Of a DNA stretch of 60,330 nucleotides, positions 29,561-40,220 are shown one piece after another (position 1 is the first letter of the stretch; each line of letters begins with the position of its first letter). The notes under the pieces were generated by a model. The model saw only the letters and a program-made list of their open reading frames with translations, ran no database searches and was not told the DNA's origin. The stretch comes from Chloroflexota bacterium (GTDB lineage Bacteria; Chloroflexota; UBA6077; SHYK01): NCBI GenBank assembly GCA_009377635.1, contig WHTR01000005.1, positions 1 to 60,330 on the forward strand, given 5' to 3'. Position numbers and translations under genes: made by a program.

Positions 29561-29878
29561 GTGCCAGCAGGCGAGAGGTATGTGGCCGTGTTTGACAGGG
29601 AGTGGCGTCAGCGGGGAAGGGTCGGCGCGGAGCTGGCCCAGACCGCCCTGGAGAGCCCATCAGACCGGATTGCCATCGCTGACCTGACCAGTCGCGAGCG
29701 GGACGTCGCGGGCTTGGTAGCCCAGGCCCGTACCAACGCCGAGATCGCCCGGACCTTGGGACTGAGCCGGGCCACGGCGAAGTGGCACGTCAGTCAGATC
29801 CTGCGGAAGCTGGATCTGACCCGCCGAGTGCAGCTGGCGATGTATGCCCGCGAGCATGGCCTCCTGCCGCCCGAATGA
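29561..29878 (+). CDS. Small stand-alone LuxR-type HTH regulator
   Basis: LTSRERDVAGLVAQARTNAEIARTLGLSRATAKWHVSQILRKL; start may be GTG 29582. Confidence 0.85.
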   Translation: MPAGERYVAVFDREWRQRGRVGAELAQTALESPSDRIAIADLTSRERDVAGLVAQARTNAEIARTLGLSRATAKWHVSQILRKLDLTRRVQLAMYAREHGLLPPE

Positions 29879-30013
29879 GACTGAGGCTGTGTCTCGTGCC
29901 CGGGGCCGTCGACGCAGGCCGTGTCGATGGCAACGGGTCACCGTCGGCATCGGCCGGCCGAGTACTTCGTTACCTCTCGTGAAATGCCCGAGTTGTGAGG
30001 AGGATCGTGGATC

Positions 30014-30985
30014 GTGCATAAGTCGCTCTGTCCGAAGCTCAGGCCGTGGCGCCCCGTGAGAGCGGGCGCCGCAGGCGTGCTGATCCTCCTGGTGATCGCG
30101 TGTGCACCGGCGGCCACGCGCAGTCCGTCCGCCGAACCCGCGCAGGAGCGGGTCGTCCAGCACGCCATGGGCGAGACCCGGGTCCCAGTAAATGCGCAGC
30201 GAGTCGTCGTGCTGGACACGGGCGAGCTGGACAGCGCCATCGCCCTGGGCGTCGTGCCGGTCGGAGCCGTCACAGTGTTTCAGGGTGGCGATTTCCCCGA
30301 GTACCTCAGGCCCAGGGCGGCCGGAATCGAAAAGGTGGGCACGATCGGCCAGCCCAACCTGGAGGCGGTCGCGGCTCTCCGGCCGGACTTGATTCTAAGC
30401 AACAAGGTGCGGCACGAGCAGATCTACGACAAGCTCTCCCAGATCGCCCCCACCGTCTTTACGGAGACGGTCGGCGTCGCGTGGAAGGAGAACTTTCAGC
30501 TCCACGCGGAGTCCTTGGGTCGGAGCGAGCAGGCGAGCCAGATGATGGCGGACTACCGCGCCCGCCTCGACCAGTTCCGGGGAGAGCTGGGCGGTCGGCT
30601 CGGCGAAACAGAGGTCTCGATCATCCGCTCGATGCCAGACCGGGTCCGCATTTACATGAAGGACTCCTTCATCGGCACGATTCTCGATGACGCCGGTCTG
30701 CCCCGCCCACCCGTGCAGGACCACGAGAAGTTCGCCGAGGAGGTCACCAAAGAGCGCGTCGCCGACATGGACGGGGACGTCATCTTCGTGGGCTACTTTG
30801 CCCCGGAACAGGGCGCCCAGCTCAACGAACTGAAGAGCGACCCACTCTGGCCCCAGCTGACCGCGGTGAGATCGGGCAGGGTGTATGACGTGTCCGACGA
30901 CACCTGGTTCCTCGGGATCGGCATTCTGGCCGCCAACCGCGTCGTGGACGATCTGTTCACCTTCCTCGGCAGGCCGACAGCGTAG
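30014..30985 (+). CDS. Iron-siderophore ABC transporter substrate-binding lipoprotein
   Basis: Lipobox-like VIAC, HAMGET.VP...QRVVVLD, PNLEAVAALRPDLIL, LSQIAPTV. Confidence 0.93.
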   Translation: MHKSLCPKLRPWRPVRAGAAGVLILLVIACAPAATRSPSAEPAQERVVQHAMGETRVPVNAQRVVVLDTGELDSAIALGVVPVGAVTVFQGGDFPEYLRPRAAGIEKVGTIGQPNLEAVAALRPDLILSNKVRHEQIYDKLSQIAPTVFTETVGVAWKENFQLHAESLGRSEQASQMMADYRARLDQFRGELGGRLGETEVSIIRSMPDRVRIYMKDSFIGTILDDAGLPRPPVQDHEKFAEEVTKERVADMDGDVIFVGYFAPEQGAQLNELKSDPLWPQLTAVRSGRVYDVSDDTWFLGIGILAANRVVDDLFTFLGRPTA

Positions 30986-31012
30986 CCCAGCGCTTGCGGC
31001 CGTAGCCTCCAT

Positions 31013-32065
31013 GTGGCAGATGGGAGGCCACGACTGTTTGTCCAAGAGCGAGCCCGCGCGCGGTTCGCTCCACTCCACCTGCCGTCACTCGTGGGACTGT
31101 GCCTGGGAGTCCTGCTGGTCCTGTTGACGTTCCTGGCTAGCCTCCCCGTCGGCGCTGCTGACATCGACCCGGGTACGGTCGTCGAGGCATTTGTGGCATT
31201 CGATGGGTCGCGGGAGCACCTGATCGTGCGGAACGTTCGCGTCCCGCGGGCGCTCGTCGCCACCTTCGTGGGCGCCAGCCTGGGAGTGGCAGGGGCGATT
31301 GCCCAGGGGCTCACCCGCAACCCGCTCGCGGCGCCGGGCATCCTGGGCATCAATGCCGGCGCAGCGCTCCTCGTGGTCGGGGCTATCCTGCTGCTACCGG
31401 TAACCTCGTTAGCCGTCTATGTCTGGTTCGCCTTTCTGGGAGCCGGCCTGGCCGCCGCGATCGTGTTTCTGTTGGCGTCATTCGGTCATGGTGGCCTGAC
31501 CCCGATGAAGATTGTCGTCGTCGGCGCGGCGCTGACGGTCCTGCTGTCGTCGCTGACCCAGGGGCTGCTCGTCTTGCACGAGCGCACCCTCGACGAGATC
31601 CGCTTCTGGCTAGCAGGCTCCGTCGCCGGACGCGACCTGGGCATCTTCTTCCAAGTGCTGCCCTACATGCTGCTCGGCTTGACCGGCGCGCTGGCGCTCG
31701 GCAAGCAGCTCAACACGCTCAGCCTCGGGGAGGACGTCGCGAAGGGGCTCGGGCAGCGGACCGGACGAGTCAAGGCCGCGGCCGTGGGGCTCATCATCCT
31801 GCTGGCGGGGAGCTCCGTTGCCGTGGCCGGGCCGATCGGCTTCCTCGGCCTCGCCGTCCCGCACCTGGCCCGGCGCCTGGTAGGCCTCGACTATCGCTGG
31901 GTGCTGCCCTACGCGGCGATTCTGGGCGCGACGCTCCTGCTGCTGGGTGACGTAGCTGCGCGCGTGGTCCTGGCGCCAGAGGAGCTGCCCGTCGGCGTGA
32001 TGACGGCGGTGCTCGGTGCTCCCGTCTTCGTCGTGCTGGTTCACCAGGGAGCGCGGCGGGTATGA
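31013..32065 (+). CDS. Iron-siderophore ABC permease (FecC/FhuB-like)
   Basis: [42 protein letters not shown]. Confidence 0.94.
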   Translation: MADGRPRLFVQERARARFAPLHLPSLVGLCLGVLLVLLTFLASLPVGAADIDPGTVVEAFVAFDGSREHLIVRNVRVPRALVATFVGASLGVAGAIAQGLTRNPLAAPGILGINAGAALLVVGAILLLPVTSLAVYVWFAFLGAGLAAAIVFLLASFGHGGLTPMKIVVVGAALTVLLSSLTQGLLVLHERTLDEIRFWLAGSVAGRDLGIFFQVLPYMLLGLTGALALGKQLNTLSLGEDVAKGLGQRTGRVKAAAVGLIILLAGSSVAVAGPIGFLGLAVPHLARRLVGLDYRWVLPYAAILGATLLLLGDVAARVVLAPEELPVGVMTAVLGAPVFVVLVHQGARRV

Positions 32066-33105
32066 GCCAATGGCTGGTGCTCCGACTCGATCGCCCGGAG
32101 CTGTCGATCCGCGTCGACCGGCGCGCCCTGCCGCTCCTGCTGGGCCTCACGCTGGCGGCCTTCGGAGCCGTCGTGCTCCACGTCGCCCTGGGCGTGTACC
32201 CCATCTCCCCGCCCGAAGTCGCGCGCACATTGCTCGGCGGTGGAAGCCCGGAGCAGAGCTTTATCATCCACGCCCTACGTCTGCCCCGCGCCCTGGTTGC
32301 GTTCGCTGTGGGCGCGGGGCTGGCTGTCTCCGGCGCAATTCTGCAAGGACTCACCCGCAACCCGCTCGCCGCGCCCGATGTGGTGGGCGTGAGCGGTGGA
32401 GCGAGCCTGGCCGCAGTAGTCGTCATCGTCCTCTTTCCTGGTGTGCCCGTCGCCGTCCTGCCCGCAGCGGCCTTCGTTGGGGCGCTTCTCGCAGCGGTCT
32501 TGGTCTATCTGCTTGCCTGGAGACAGGGCACGTCGCCCGTCCGTCTGATCCTGGTCGGGATCGGTGTCGCAGCCGTGGGGCACGCCCTCGTGACCGCTCT
32601 CATCACGCGCACGGTGGTCTACGCCGGCTACGCCACACGGGCCATGATCTGGATGACCGGCAGCGTATACGGGCGCAGCTGGGAGCACCTGTGGCCGCTG
32701 CTGCCGTGGCTCCTCGTTCTCCTGCCCGTGGCGTTCCTTGGCGCGCGGCACCTGAACAGCCTGCACCTGGGCGACGATCTCGCCCGCGGCCTCGGCAGCC
32801 GTGTGGAGTGGCAGCGCGCCTGGCTGCTGATGACGGCAGTCGCCCTGGCGGCCGCCTCGGTGGCCACAGCCGGCCCGGTCGCCTTCGTGGGTCTCATGGC
32901 GCCGCACATTGCTCGCCGGTTGACGGGCCCCTCGCACGGCGCGCTGCTCCCGGCGGCCGCGTCGGTCGGCGGGCTGATCGTCGTGGGGGCCGACCTGCTC
33001 GGCCGGACGCTCTTTGCCCCGATCGAGGTCCCGTGCGGGGTCATCACCGCCGCGGTGGGCGCCCCGTATCTCATCTCCCTGCTCTACCGGAACCGTCGTG
33101 TCTGA
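32062..33105 (+). CDS. Iron-siderophore ABC permease (FecD/FhuG-like)
   Basis: [40 protein letters not shown]. Confidence 0.94.
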   Translation: MSQWLVLRLDRPELSIRVDRRALPLLLGLTLAAFGAVVLHVALGVYPISPPEVARTLLGGGSPEQSFIIHALRLPRALVAFAVGAGLAVSGAILQGLTRNPLAAPDVVGVSGGASLAAVVVIVLFPGVPVAVLPAAAFVGALLAAVLVYLLAWRQGTSPVRLILVGIGVAAVGHALVTALITRTVVYAGYATRAMIWMTGSVYGRSWEHLWPLLPWLLVLLPVAFLGARHLNSLHLGDDLARGLGSRVEWQRAWLLMTAVALAAASVATAGPVAFVGLMAPHIARRLTGPSHGALLPAAASVGGLIVVGADLLGRTLFAPIEVPCGVITAAVGAPYLISLLYRNRRV

Positions 33106-33967
33106 TCCAGCGCTCCGCCAGCCGGACACGCTTGTGACTCGACAGCTGACTCTCGGCTACGACGGGCTCGTCGTCGTCCGGGAGCTCAACGTCGCCATCC
33201 CTTCTGGGCGGATCACTGCGCTGGTCGGGCGGAACGGCTCTGGAAAATCAACACTCCTGCGCGCGCTGGCTCGGCTGCTGAAGCCGCGTTTCGGAAGCGT
33301 GTACCTCGACGGCGCGTCGATCTTCAAGCTCTCGACCAAGGAGGTCGCCCGTCGGCTCGGGATCCTGCCCCAGGGGCCCGTGGCACCCGAGGGATTGACG
33401 GTGCGCGAGCTGGTCGCCCAGGGACGGTATCCCCACCAGAGCTGGCTGCGGCAGTGGTCCACGCAAGACGAGCGGGCGGTCGAGCACGCGCTGGCGGTGA
33501 CGGGCATGGCCGAGCTGGCCGAGCGGCCGCTGGAAACACTGTCCGGGGGTCAGCGGCAGAAAGCCTGGATCGCCATGGCGCTGGCGCAGGAGACATCCGT
33601 CATGCTGCTCGACGAGCCGACGACCTTCCTGGACCTGGCGCATCAGATGGAAGTGTTGGACCTGCTGGCCGACCTGGCCCTCTCCCAGGCTCAGGGTGAA
33701 CGGGGCGGACGGGCGATCGTACTGGTGCTGCATGATCTGAACCAGGCGGCTCGCTACGCCCACCATCTCGTGGCGATCAAGGACGGCCGTGTCTTCGCTC
33801 AGGGTATCCCCGCGGACGTGATAAGCGAGGCGATGGTCGACAGTGTGTTCGGCCTCGAATGCCGGGTCATCGAGGACCCGATCGCGGGTACTCCCCTGTG
33901 TATCCCCGTCAGTCGGCATCGACCGACGCCGCATCGGGCGGACGACGCTTCGGGCGTGAGGGGCTGA
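33098..33967 (+). CDS. Iron-siderophore ABC ATP-binding protein (FecE/FhuC-like)
   Basis: [30 protein letters not shown]; GTG 33098 overlaps the permease end. Confidence 0.95.
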   Translation: MSDPALRQPDTLVTRQLTLGYDGLVVVRELNVAIPSGRITALVGRNGSGKSTLLRALARLLKPRFGSVYLDGASIFKLSTKEVARRLGILPQGPVAPEGLTVRELVAQGRYPHQSWLRQWSTQDERAVEHALAVTGMAELAERPLETLSGGQRQKAWIAMALAQETSVMLLDEPTTFLDLAHQMEVLDLLADLALSQAQGERGGRAIVLVLHDLNQAARYAHHLVAIKDGRVFAQGIPADVISEAMVDSVFGLECRVIEDPIAGTPLCIPVSRHRPTPHRADDASGVRG

Positions 33968-33995
33968 GTCACTGGCTGACCGCGCTCGCAGGAGG

Positions 33996-34841
33996 GTGGA
34001 CCGCATGCATGATCGGATGATTCGGCACGCGCTCGGCGAGGCACGTGTGCCGGCAAGCCCGCAGCGGGTCGTCGTGCTCGAGACTGGGGCGCTTGACTGC
34101 ACACTTGCCCTGGGCATCACGCCCATTGGGGCGGCGACAGCACTCCCGTCTGACAATCTTTCGCGCTATCTAGAGCCAAGGACCGAGGGGATCCGGACGG
34201 TCGGGAACATGGCGCGACCGGACCTAGCTGCAGTTGCTGTCCTCAAGCCCGACCTCATCCTGACCAGCACGGTCCGGCACAAGGCGCTGGCGGAGCGACT
34301 TGCTCTCCTCGCCCCCACCGTCTTCACAGAGTCTGTCGGCGCGACCTGGAAGGAGAACCTGACGCTGTACGCGCAGGCATTGAACCGATCGGAAGTCGCT
34401 GAGCGGCTCCTCGGCGAATATGCAGGGCGCGTAGACGAGTTCCGGCGCCGCATGGGGAAGCGCCCAGAGACCCTCCGGGTTTCCGCCGTCCGGTCGCTGC
34501 CGGGCCACGCCCGCATCTACCTGAAGCGATCATTCATCGGGACGATCCTGGAGGACGCTGGATTGCCACGTCCGCCCGCTCAAGATAGGGACATGTTCGC
34601 GGTGCGGGCGACCGAACACCGCATTCCCGACCTCGACGGCGATGTCGTGTTCATCTTCTACTACGGCCGGGATGAGGACGCGGCGTTGGACACGCTGATC
34701 CAGCACCCCGACTGGATGCAGCTTGGCGCTGTCAAGCGTGGCCGGGTCTATGAAGTGGACGACGAAGCCTGGGCTCTGGGTCTCGGACCGCTCGCGGCCG
34801 GTCTTGTCCTCGACGATCTGCACACGTATCTGGCCCGATAG
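33996..34841 (+). CDS. Second siderophore-binding protein paralog, no signal peptide
   Basis: HALGE..VP..PQRVVVLE, PDLIL, APTVFTESVG..WKEN, SFIGTIL.DAGLPRPP.QD, collinear with 30014..30985. AGGAGG RBS fits ATG 34005. Confidence 0.88.
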   Translation: MDRMHDRMIRHALGEARVPASPQRVVVLETGALDCTLALGITPIGAATALPSDNLSRYLEPRTEGIRTVGNMARPDLAAVAVLKPDLILTSTVRHKALAERLALLAPTVFTESVGATWKENLTLYAQALNRSEVAERLLGEYAGRVDEFRRRMGKRPETLRVSAVRSLPGHARIYLKRSFIGTILEDAGLPRPPAQDRDMFAVRATEHRIPDLDGDVVFIFYYGRDEDAALDTLIQHPDWMQLGAVKRGRVYEVDDEAWALGLGPLAAGLVLDDLHTYLAR

Positions 34842-34925
34842 GCGCCCTTCGCTCGGACTGGCCCGAAAACCGTCCATGTGGCAGGTGCGCATGGCCGTCG
34901 CGGCTGCTATGATTCCCCGACGATT

Positions 34926-34972
34926 GATATTAGTACATAAGAATATTCGATATTAGTACCTACTCATATCCT
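34926..34972 (+). promoter_or_regulatory. AT-rich operator/promoter of the siderophore synthesis operon
   Basis: GATATTAGTAC repeated at 34926 and 34949; the second copy forms the palindrome GATATTAGTA-CC-TACTCATATC; TATCCT -10-like box at 34967-34972. Confidence 0.55.
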
Positions 34973-35101
34973 GCCGCGATGTCTGGCTGCGAGGCGTGTC
35001 CGTCCAGATTGGTCCGGAGTTGTCCGCAGTCGCGGGCTCTCGTCGTGAGACCCCGCGCTCCGCACGTCACATCACGCCTGATGTTAGGAGGAGGGCAATC
35101 G

Positions 35102-36484
35102 TTGATGGCCACCGCTCCATCGCTTGCGTCGGAGCCGTACCTGGCGCGGCAGGCGCGTCGGGAATCGGCCGCCCGGACGTATCCGCGGAACCTGCCGATC
35201 GTGTTGTCCCACGCCCGAGGCATCTACGTGACCGACGTCGATGGCATTACGTACCTCGACTGCCTGACCGGTGCGGGAACGCTCGCGCTTGGTCACAATC
35301 ACCCCGTGGTGGTCGAGGCAATCCGCGGTCTGCTGGATCGTGGGGCCCCGCTGCAGACCCTCGACCTGCCCACTCCGGTCAAGGACGAGTTCGTAGAGAC
35401 GCTCTTTGCGTGCCTCCCAAAGGGCCTGGCGGCCGACGCCCGCATCCAGTTCTGCGGACCGGCGGGCGCTGACGCGGTCGAGGCCGCGCTGAAGCTCGCC
35501 AAGACTGTCACCGGCCGACGTGGCGTCCTTTCCTTCGCTGGTGGATACCACGGCATGACGCACGGCGCGCTCGCCGTCACGGGTAACGTCGCCGTGAAAG
35601 CGCCGGTAAGCGGTCTCGCCCCCGACGTGCATTTCCTGCCGTATCCCTACTCCTATCGCTGTCCCTTCGGAGTTGGCGGTCATGCGGCGGTGTGCATCGC
35701 CGCGCGCTACGTGGAGCGCGTGCTGGACGACCCAGAGAGCGGCGTCGTTCAGCCCGCGGCCCTGATCTGCGAGGTGGTGCAGGGCGAGGGCGGTGTCATT
35801 CCGGCACCCGACGAGTGGATGCACGAGATGCGCCGAATCACGGCCGAGCATGACGTCCTCCTCATCGTCGACGAGGTGCAGACCGGTGTGGGCCGCACCG
35901 GCGCGCTCTGGGCTGTCGAGCACAGCGGCATCACCCCGGACATCATGATCCTCTCCAAGGCGATCGGTGGGGGCCTCCCCCTGGCCGTCATCGTCTACCG
36001 AGGGAACCTAGACCGCTGGAATCCCGGAGCGCACGCCGGGACGTTCCGAGGCAACCAGCTTGCGATGGCAGCCGGCGTCGCCACACTGCGTCACGTTGTC
36101 GCCGAGGATCTGCCGGCGCACGCGGCTGCTCAGGGAGCACGCTTGCAGGCCCGACTGCGCGAGATCCAGACGGCGACCCGCTGCATCGGCGACGTCCGTG
36201 GGCGGGGGCTGATGGTCGGCGTGGAGATCATCGATGCCGAGGCCGACGCCGACCCGTTGGGCAGTCGGCTGTCGCACCCTCGGCTCGCCCGCGCTGTTCA
36301 AGCCGAGTGTCTGCGACGGGGCCTGATCGTCGAGCTCGGCGGACGCCATGGGTCCGTGGTGCGCTTCCTCCCGCCGCTCATTGTGACCGCCGAACAGATC
36401 GAGACGATTGCCGACCGATTCGGTGCAGCAGTCACGGTGGCCGAGCGGGCCGTCCAGCCCGTGCCGATGAGGAAGGGGCGATGA
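35102..36484 (+). CDS. Diaminobutyrate--2-oxoglutarate transaminase (RhbA/Dat-like)
   Basis: ES.ARTYPR, GTLALGHNH, GPAGADAVEAALK, EVVQGEGG, DEVQTG, SKAIGG, GTFRGN; AGGAGG RBS. Confidence 0.93.
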   Translation: MMATAPSLASEPYLARQARRESAARTYPRNLPIVLSHARGIYVTDVDGITYLDCLTGAGTLALGHNHPVVVEAIRGLLDRGAPLQTLDLPTPVKDEFVETLFACLPKGLAADARIQFCGPAGADAVEAALKLAKTVTGRRGVLSFAGGYHGMTHGALAVTGNVAVKAPVSGLAPDVHFLPYPYSYRCPFGVGGHAAVCIAARYVERVLDDPESGVVQPAALICEVVQGEGGVIPAPDEWMHEMRRITAEHDVLLIVDEVQTGVGRTGALWAVEHSGITPDIMILSKAIGGGLPLAVIVYRGNLDRWNPGAHAGTFRGNQLAMAAGVATLRHVVAEDLPAHAAAQGARLQARLREIQTATRCIGDVRGRGLMVGVEIIDAEADADPLGSRLSHPRLARAVQAECLRRGLIVELGGRHGSVVRFLPPLIVTAEQIETIADRFGAAVTVAERAVQPVPMRKGR

Positions 36485-37968
36485 GCACTCTGCTGAAGGT
36501 TCCATCGGGTCCGCTCTTCGCCACCGGCTCTGACGGCTCCACTGCGCATGTCCAGGCGCTCGCCGCTGCAGCTCGAGCGGTGGCCGCCGGCGTAGCGGCG
36601 CGGGGCGGTCCGGCGCCGGCCGAGCCGCCAGACGGAGTGGACGCAGCCGTAGCTGAGCTCAACCCACTTCCCGCGGACGGTGTGGGACTTGAGGAAGTCC
36701 TCCTTGAGGTGGCCACGGCCGTGGTCGCCCGGAGCATCGACCCCACTCATCCTGCCTGTGCAGCGCACCTTCACTGCCCGCCGCTCGTCGCGGCGCTCGC
36801 GGGCGAGGCCGTCGCTGCAGCGACGAACGCCTCTCTGGATTCCTGGGACCAGGCGGGTGGCGGAGCTGCTGTCGAGCGGCACCTGGTCGGCGAGCTGGCC
36901 CGGCTGATCGGCTGGGGGCGCGCCGCGGACGGCGTCTTCACGCCCGGCGGGACGCAATCCAACCTCATGGGCTTACTGCTGGCCCGGGACCATGCCGCCC
37001 GAACAACACTCGGCTGGGACGTCGCTGCCCAGGGCCTGCCGCCCGATCATGGGCGCTATCGCGTCCTCTGCTCAACCGCTGCTCATTTCTCGGTCAGCCG
37101 CGCCGCTGCCCTCCTCGGCCTGGGCGAAGCTGCCGTCGTACCGGTCGGTACTGATCCCAACGGCCGGATGGACCCAGCCGCTCTCGACAAGGTTTTCCAC
37201 CGCCTCGATGCCCAAGTGCTGCGACCAGTTGCTATGGTCGCGACGGCCGGCACGACCGACTTCGGCAGCATCGACCCCCTCGTCTGCATCTCCGAGCGTA
37301 CCCGCTCCCGGAACATCTGGCTCCATGTCGACGCCGCCTACGGTGCCGGTCTGCTCTTGTCTGACCGCCACCGCTGGCAACTTGACGGTCTCTCCGCCGC
37401 CGATTCGGTCGCGATTGACTTCCACAAGTTTGGCTGGCAGCCGATCACCTGTGGCACGTTCCTCGTCCGAGATTCGGCGAGCTTCGCCCCGCTGGCCCGG
37501 CGGGTCGCGTATCTCAACGCGTCCGAAGATGAGGCAGCCGGGTATGAGAGCCTGCTGGGGAAGTCGCTCCAGACGACCCGCCGCTGTGACGCGCTCAAGC
37601 TGCTCGTCACCTTCCGAGCGCTCGGGCGACGGGCGCTGGGGGCAATGGTCGACCACTGCCTCTCGCTCGCTCGTCACGCGGCAGCTCGCGTCGCCCGGGA
37701 GCCGCGGCTCGAGGCTGCACACACCCCGACGCTGTCCACGCTCGTCTTTCGGTATCTGCCGGACGATCGTGCCCGGTCAGATCTCGTCAACGCCGCAACG
37801 CGCCGAACGCTGCTCGCTGGCGGGCGGGCAGTTGTCGGACGGACCGAGGTCGCTGGTCACGTCCACCTCAAGCTCACATTCCTCAACCCCGCTGCAACTC
37901 CGACCGATGTGGACACGTTGATCGACGTGGTCCTGCGTACCTGCTGTCAGCTGGAGGCTCGCCCATGA
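36481..37968 (+). CDS. PLP-dependent diaminobutyrate decarboxylase (RhbB/Ddc-like)
   Basis: AHLHCP, N.SLDSWDQ, GGTQSNLMGLLLARD, TAGTTDFGSIDPL, HVDAAYG, DFHK, SLQTTRR. Confidence 0.92.
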   Translation: MSTLLKVPSGPLFATGSDGSTAHVQALAAAARAVAAGVAARGGPAPAEPPDGVDAAVAELNPLPADGVGLEEVLLEVATAVVARSIDPTHPACAAHLHCPPLVAALAGEAVAAATNASLDSWDQAGGGAAVERHLVGELARLIGWGRAADGVFTPGGTQSNLMGLLLARDHAARTTLGWDVAAQGLPPDHGRYRVLCSTAAHFSVSRAAALLGLGEAAVVPVGTDPNGRMDPAALDKVFHRLDAQVLRPVAMVATAGTTDFGSIDPLVCISERTRSRNIWLHVDAAYGAGLLLSDRHRWQLDGLSAADSVAIDFHKFGWQPITCGTFLVRDSASFAPLARRVAYLNASEDEAAGYESLLGKSLQTTRRCDALKLLVTFRALGRRALGAMVDHCLSLARHAAARVAREPRLEAAHTPTLSTLVFRYLPDDRARSDLVNAATRRTLLAGGRAVVGRTEVAGHVHLKLTFLNPAATPTDVDTLIDVVLRTCCQLEARP

Positions 37969-39678
37969 ATTTCAAGCAGGCTGCATCCAATGCCGCCATC
38001 GAAGCGCTCGTTAACTGTTGGCTGCGGGAAACCGGACTGGTCGGTCAGATCGATGCGTCCGCTCGAGGAGGCGCCGTACGACTGTCGCTCCCGCGCCTCG
38101 GTCTGGAGATCGGTGCGGAGCTCGCCTCGTGGTCTCGGACCGGCCGCCATCGCTGGGGGCGCGTGACCTTCGGCCGGGGCGTGCCCGCCGACCCGGTGTC
38201 CCTCGCGGCTCTGCTAGCGCGGGAGGCGGCGGTCGCCGAGGCGGATGATGGGGTTGCAGCATTCGTCGTTCGCGTCGCCGACAGCACGGCCCGAATCGCG
38301 GACTTTCTCGAGGCACGTGCCTGGCAGTCGGGGACTTCTACAGCCACCGCATTTCTCGACGCGGAGCAGTCGCTCCTGCTCGGCCACCCGTTCCACCCGA
38401 CGCCGAAAAGCCGTGAAGGTCTGACCGCTGTTGAGGCTCGGCGCTACTCGCCGGAGCTGCGGGGTGCCTTCCCCCTGCATTGGTTCCGCGCTGACCGACG
38501 AGTCATTAGTGAGGACTCGGCAGTCGACAGGCCCGCATCGGAGCTGCTGGCCCGTCTCGCCGGCTTCGAGCGCGGAGAGGCGGGCCGACGTGCTCGTCCC
38601 CGCGCATCCCTGGCAGGCGCGACTCCTCCTTGCTCAGCCGTATGTCCAGGAACTCTCAAAGAATGGGTTGCTGGTCGATCTCGGTGAGCGGGACCCCGTT
38701 TGGTACCCGACCTCGTCCGTGCGCACGGTCTATCGGCCGGACGCGCCGTACATGCTCAAGCTCTCTCTGGCACTGCCCATCACCAATTCTGTGCGCTGCA
38801 ACCTCCGGAAGGAGCTCGCCCGCGGCGTCGAGGTGCATCGACTGCTCGAGACCTCCCTCGGCGACGACCTCTGTGCCCGGTTCCCCAGTTTCGGCATCGT
38901 CCGCGATCCCGCGTGGCTCACCGTCGACCCGCCGGCAGGCCGAAGCGAGTCCGGCTTCGAGGTGGTCATTCGGGAGAACCCCTGGCCGGCCGAGACCGAC
39001 GCCGACGCGGCCTGCGTCGCCGCGCTCTGTGCCGAGCGGCCTGACCGCCCAGGTGGCGCCTCCCGCTTGGATGAAGTCGTCCGCGGCCTCGCTGCCGCCC
39101 AGGGCCGCCCGATCCCAGAGGTTGCCCGTGATTGGTGGGACCGCTACCTAGAGGTCGTCGGCAGACCGCTCCTCTGGCTGTATGCCGTGCACGGGATCGC
39201 CCTTGAGGCCCATCAGCAGAACTCGGTCGTCGTGCTGCGAGACGGCTGGCCAGTCGCCTACCGGTACCGCGACAACCAGGGCTACTACTTCGCGCTCTCT
39301 CACGCCGATCGTCTGGCGGCCCTTGTGCCGAACCTCGGGGCCGAGAGCAGCACTGTGTGTGACGATGCAGTGGCTGATGAGCGGTTCGGGTACTACTTCG
39401 GCATCAACCACTTGCTCGGGATGATCGGCGCGTTAGGCGCCGCCGGTCTGGTCGATGAGCGAGACCTGCTCCGCGACCTGCACGCGTTCTTTACTCGGAC
39501 TGCTGCAACACTCCCGACGGTGCCGCCGGTGATCAGCAAGCTGCTCGCGTCCCCACGGCTGCGCTGCAAGGCCAACCTCCTCACGCGGGTCGCAGGCCTC
39601 GACGAGCTCGTTGGCCCCTTGGAGACACAGTCCGTGTACGTCGACATCGCCAATCCGATCGTGGAGGCCGTGTCATGA
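37965..39678 (+). pseudogene. IucA/IucC NIS synthetase (RhbC-like), split by a 1-bp frameshift near 38582-38586 (real or assembly error)
   Basis: First frame has EQSLLLGHPFHPTPKSR. Second frame has PAHPWQ, PTSSVRTVY, KLSL...ITNSVR, EAHQQN, RDNQG, KANL. Joined length is ~570 aa. Confidence 0.85.
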
Positions 39679-40220
39679 CGATCTACACGGCTGACATCCC
39701 CAGGGGAGGACACTTTGCCCTACGGCCAGTCGACCTCGAAGTCGACCTCGACCTCCTTCACGCCTGGATGCATCAGCCGCATATCGTTCCTTTCTGGCAG
39801 CTCGCCATTGGGCGGGACGAGCTGGCTGTCTATCTGCGGGCGAAGGCATCTGCTGACCATGAGGGGCCGCTGATCGGGTGTTTGGACGGTCGGCCGATCT
39901 CCTACTGGGAGGCGTATTGGGCTGCCCGGGATCCGTTGGCCGCGTACTACGAGGTCGACGAGCACGATCAGGGCATTCACCTCTTGATTGGACCCCCGGA
40001 GTGCACCGGCCACGGGCTCGGCCTCCGGCTGCTGGAGGCCGTCGTGGCCTGGCAGTTCGGACGCGAGCCTCGCACGAGGCGGGTCGTCGCCGAGCCGGAC
40101 GTGCGCAACATGCGCATGATCCATGTCTTCACCCGCGCGGGGTTCCGGAAGGCTGGCGAGATTGAGCTACCCGATAAGCGCGCAGCGCTCATGGTCCGCG
40201 ACCGGGAGGTCTGTGGATGA
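39675..40220 (+). CDS. Siderophore N-acyltransferase (RhbD/AlcB-type GNAT)
   Basis: LLHAWM..PH...FW, Y.EAYWA..D, DQGIHLLIG, VVAEPDVRN, LPDKRAALM. Confidence 0.92.
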   Translation: MTIYTADIPRGGHFALRPVDLEVDLDLLHAWMHQPHIVPFWQLAIGRDELAVYLRAKASADHEGPLIGCLDGRPISYWEAYWAARDPLAAYYEVDEHDQGIHLLIGPPECTGHGLGLRLLEAVVAWQFGREPRTRRVVAEPDVRNMRMIHVFTRAGFRKAGEIELPDKRAALMVRDREVCG

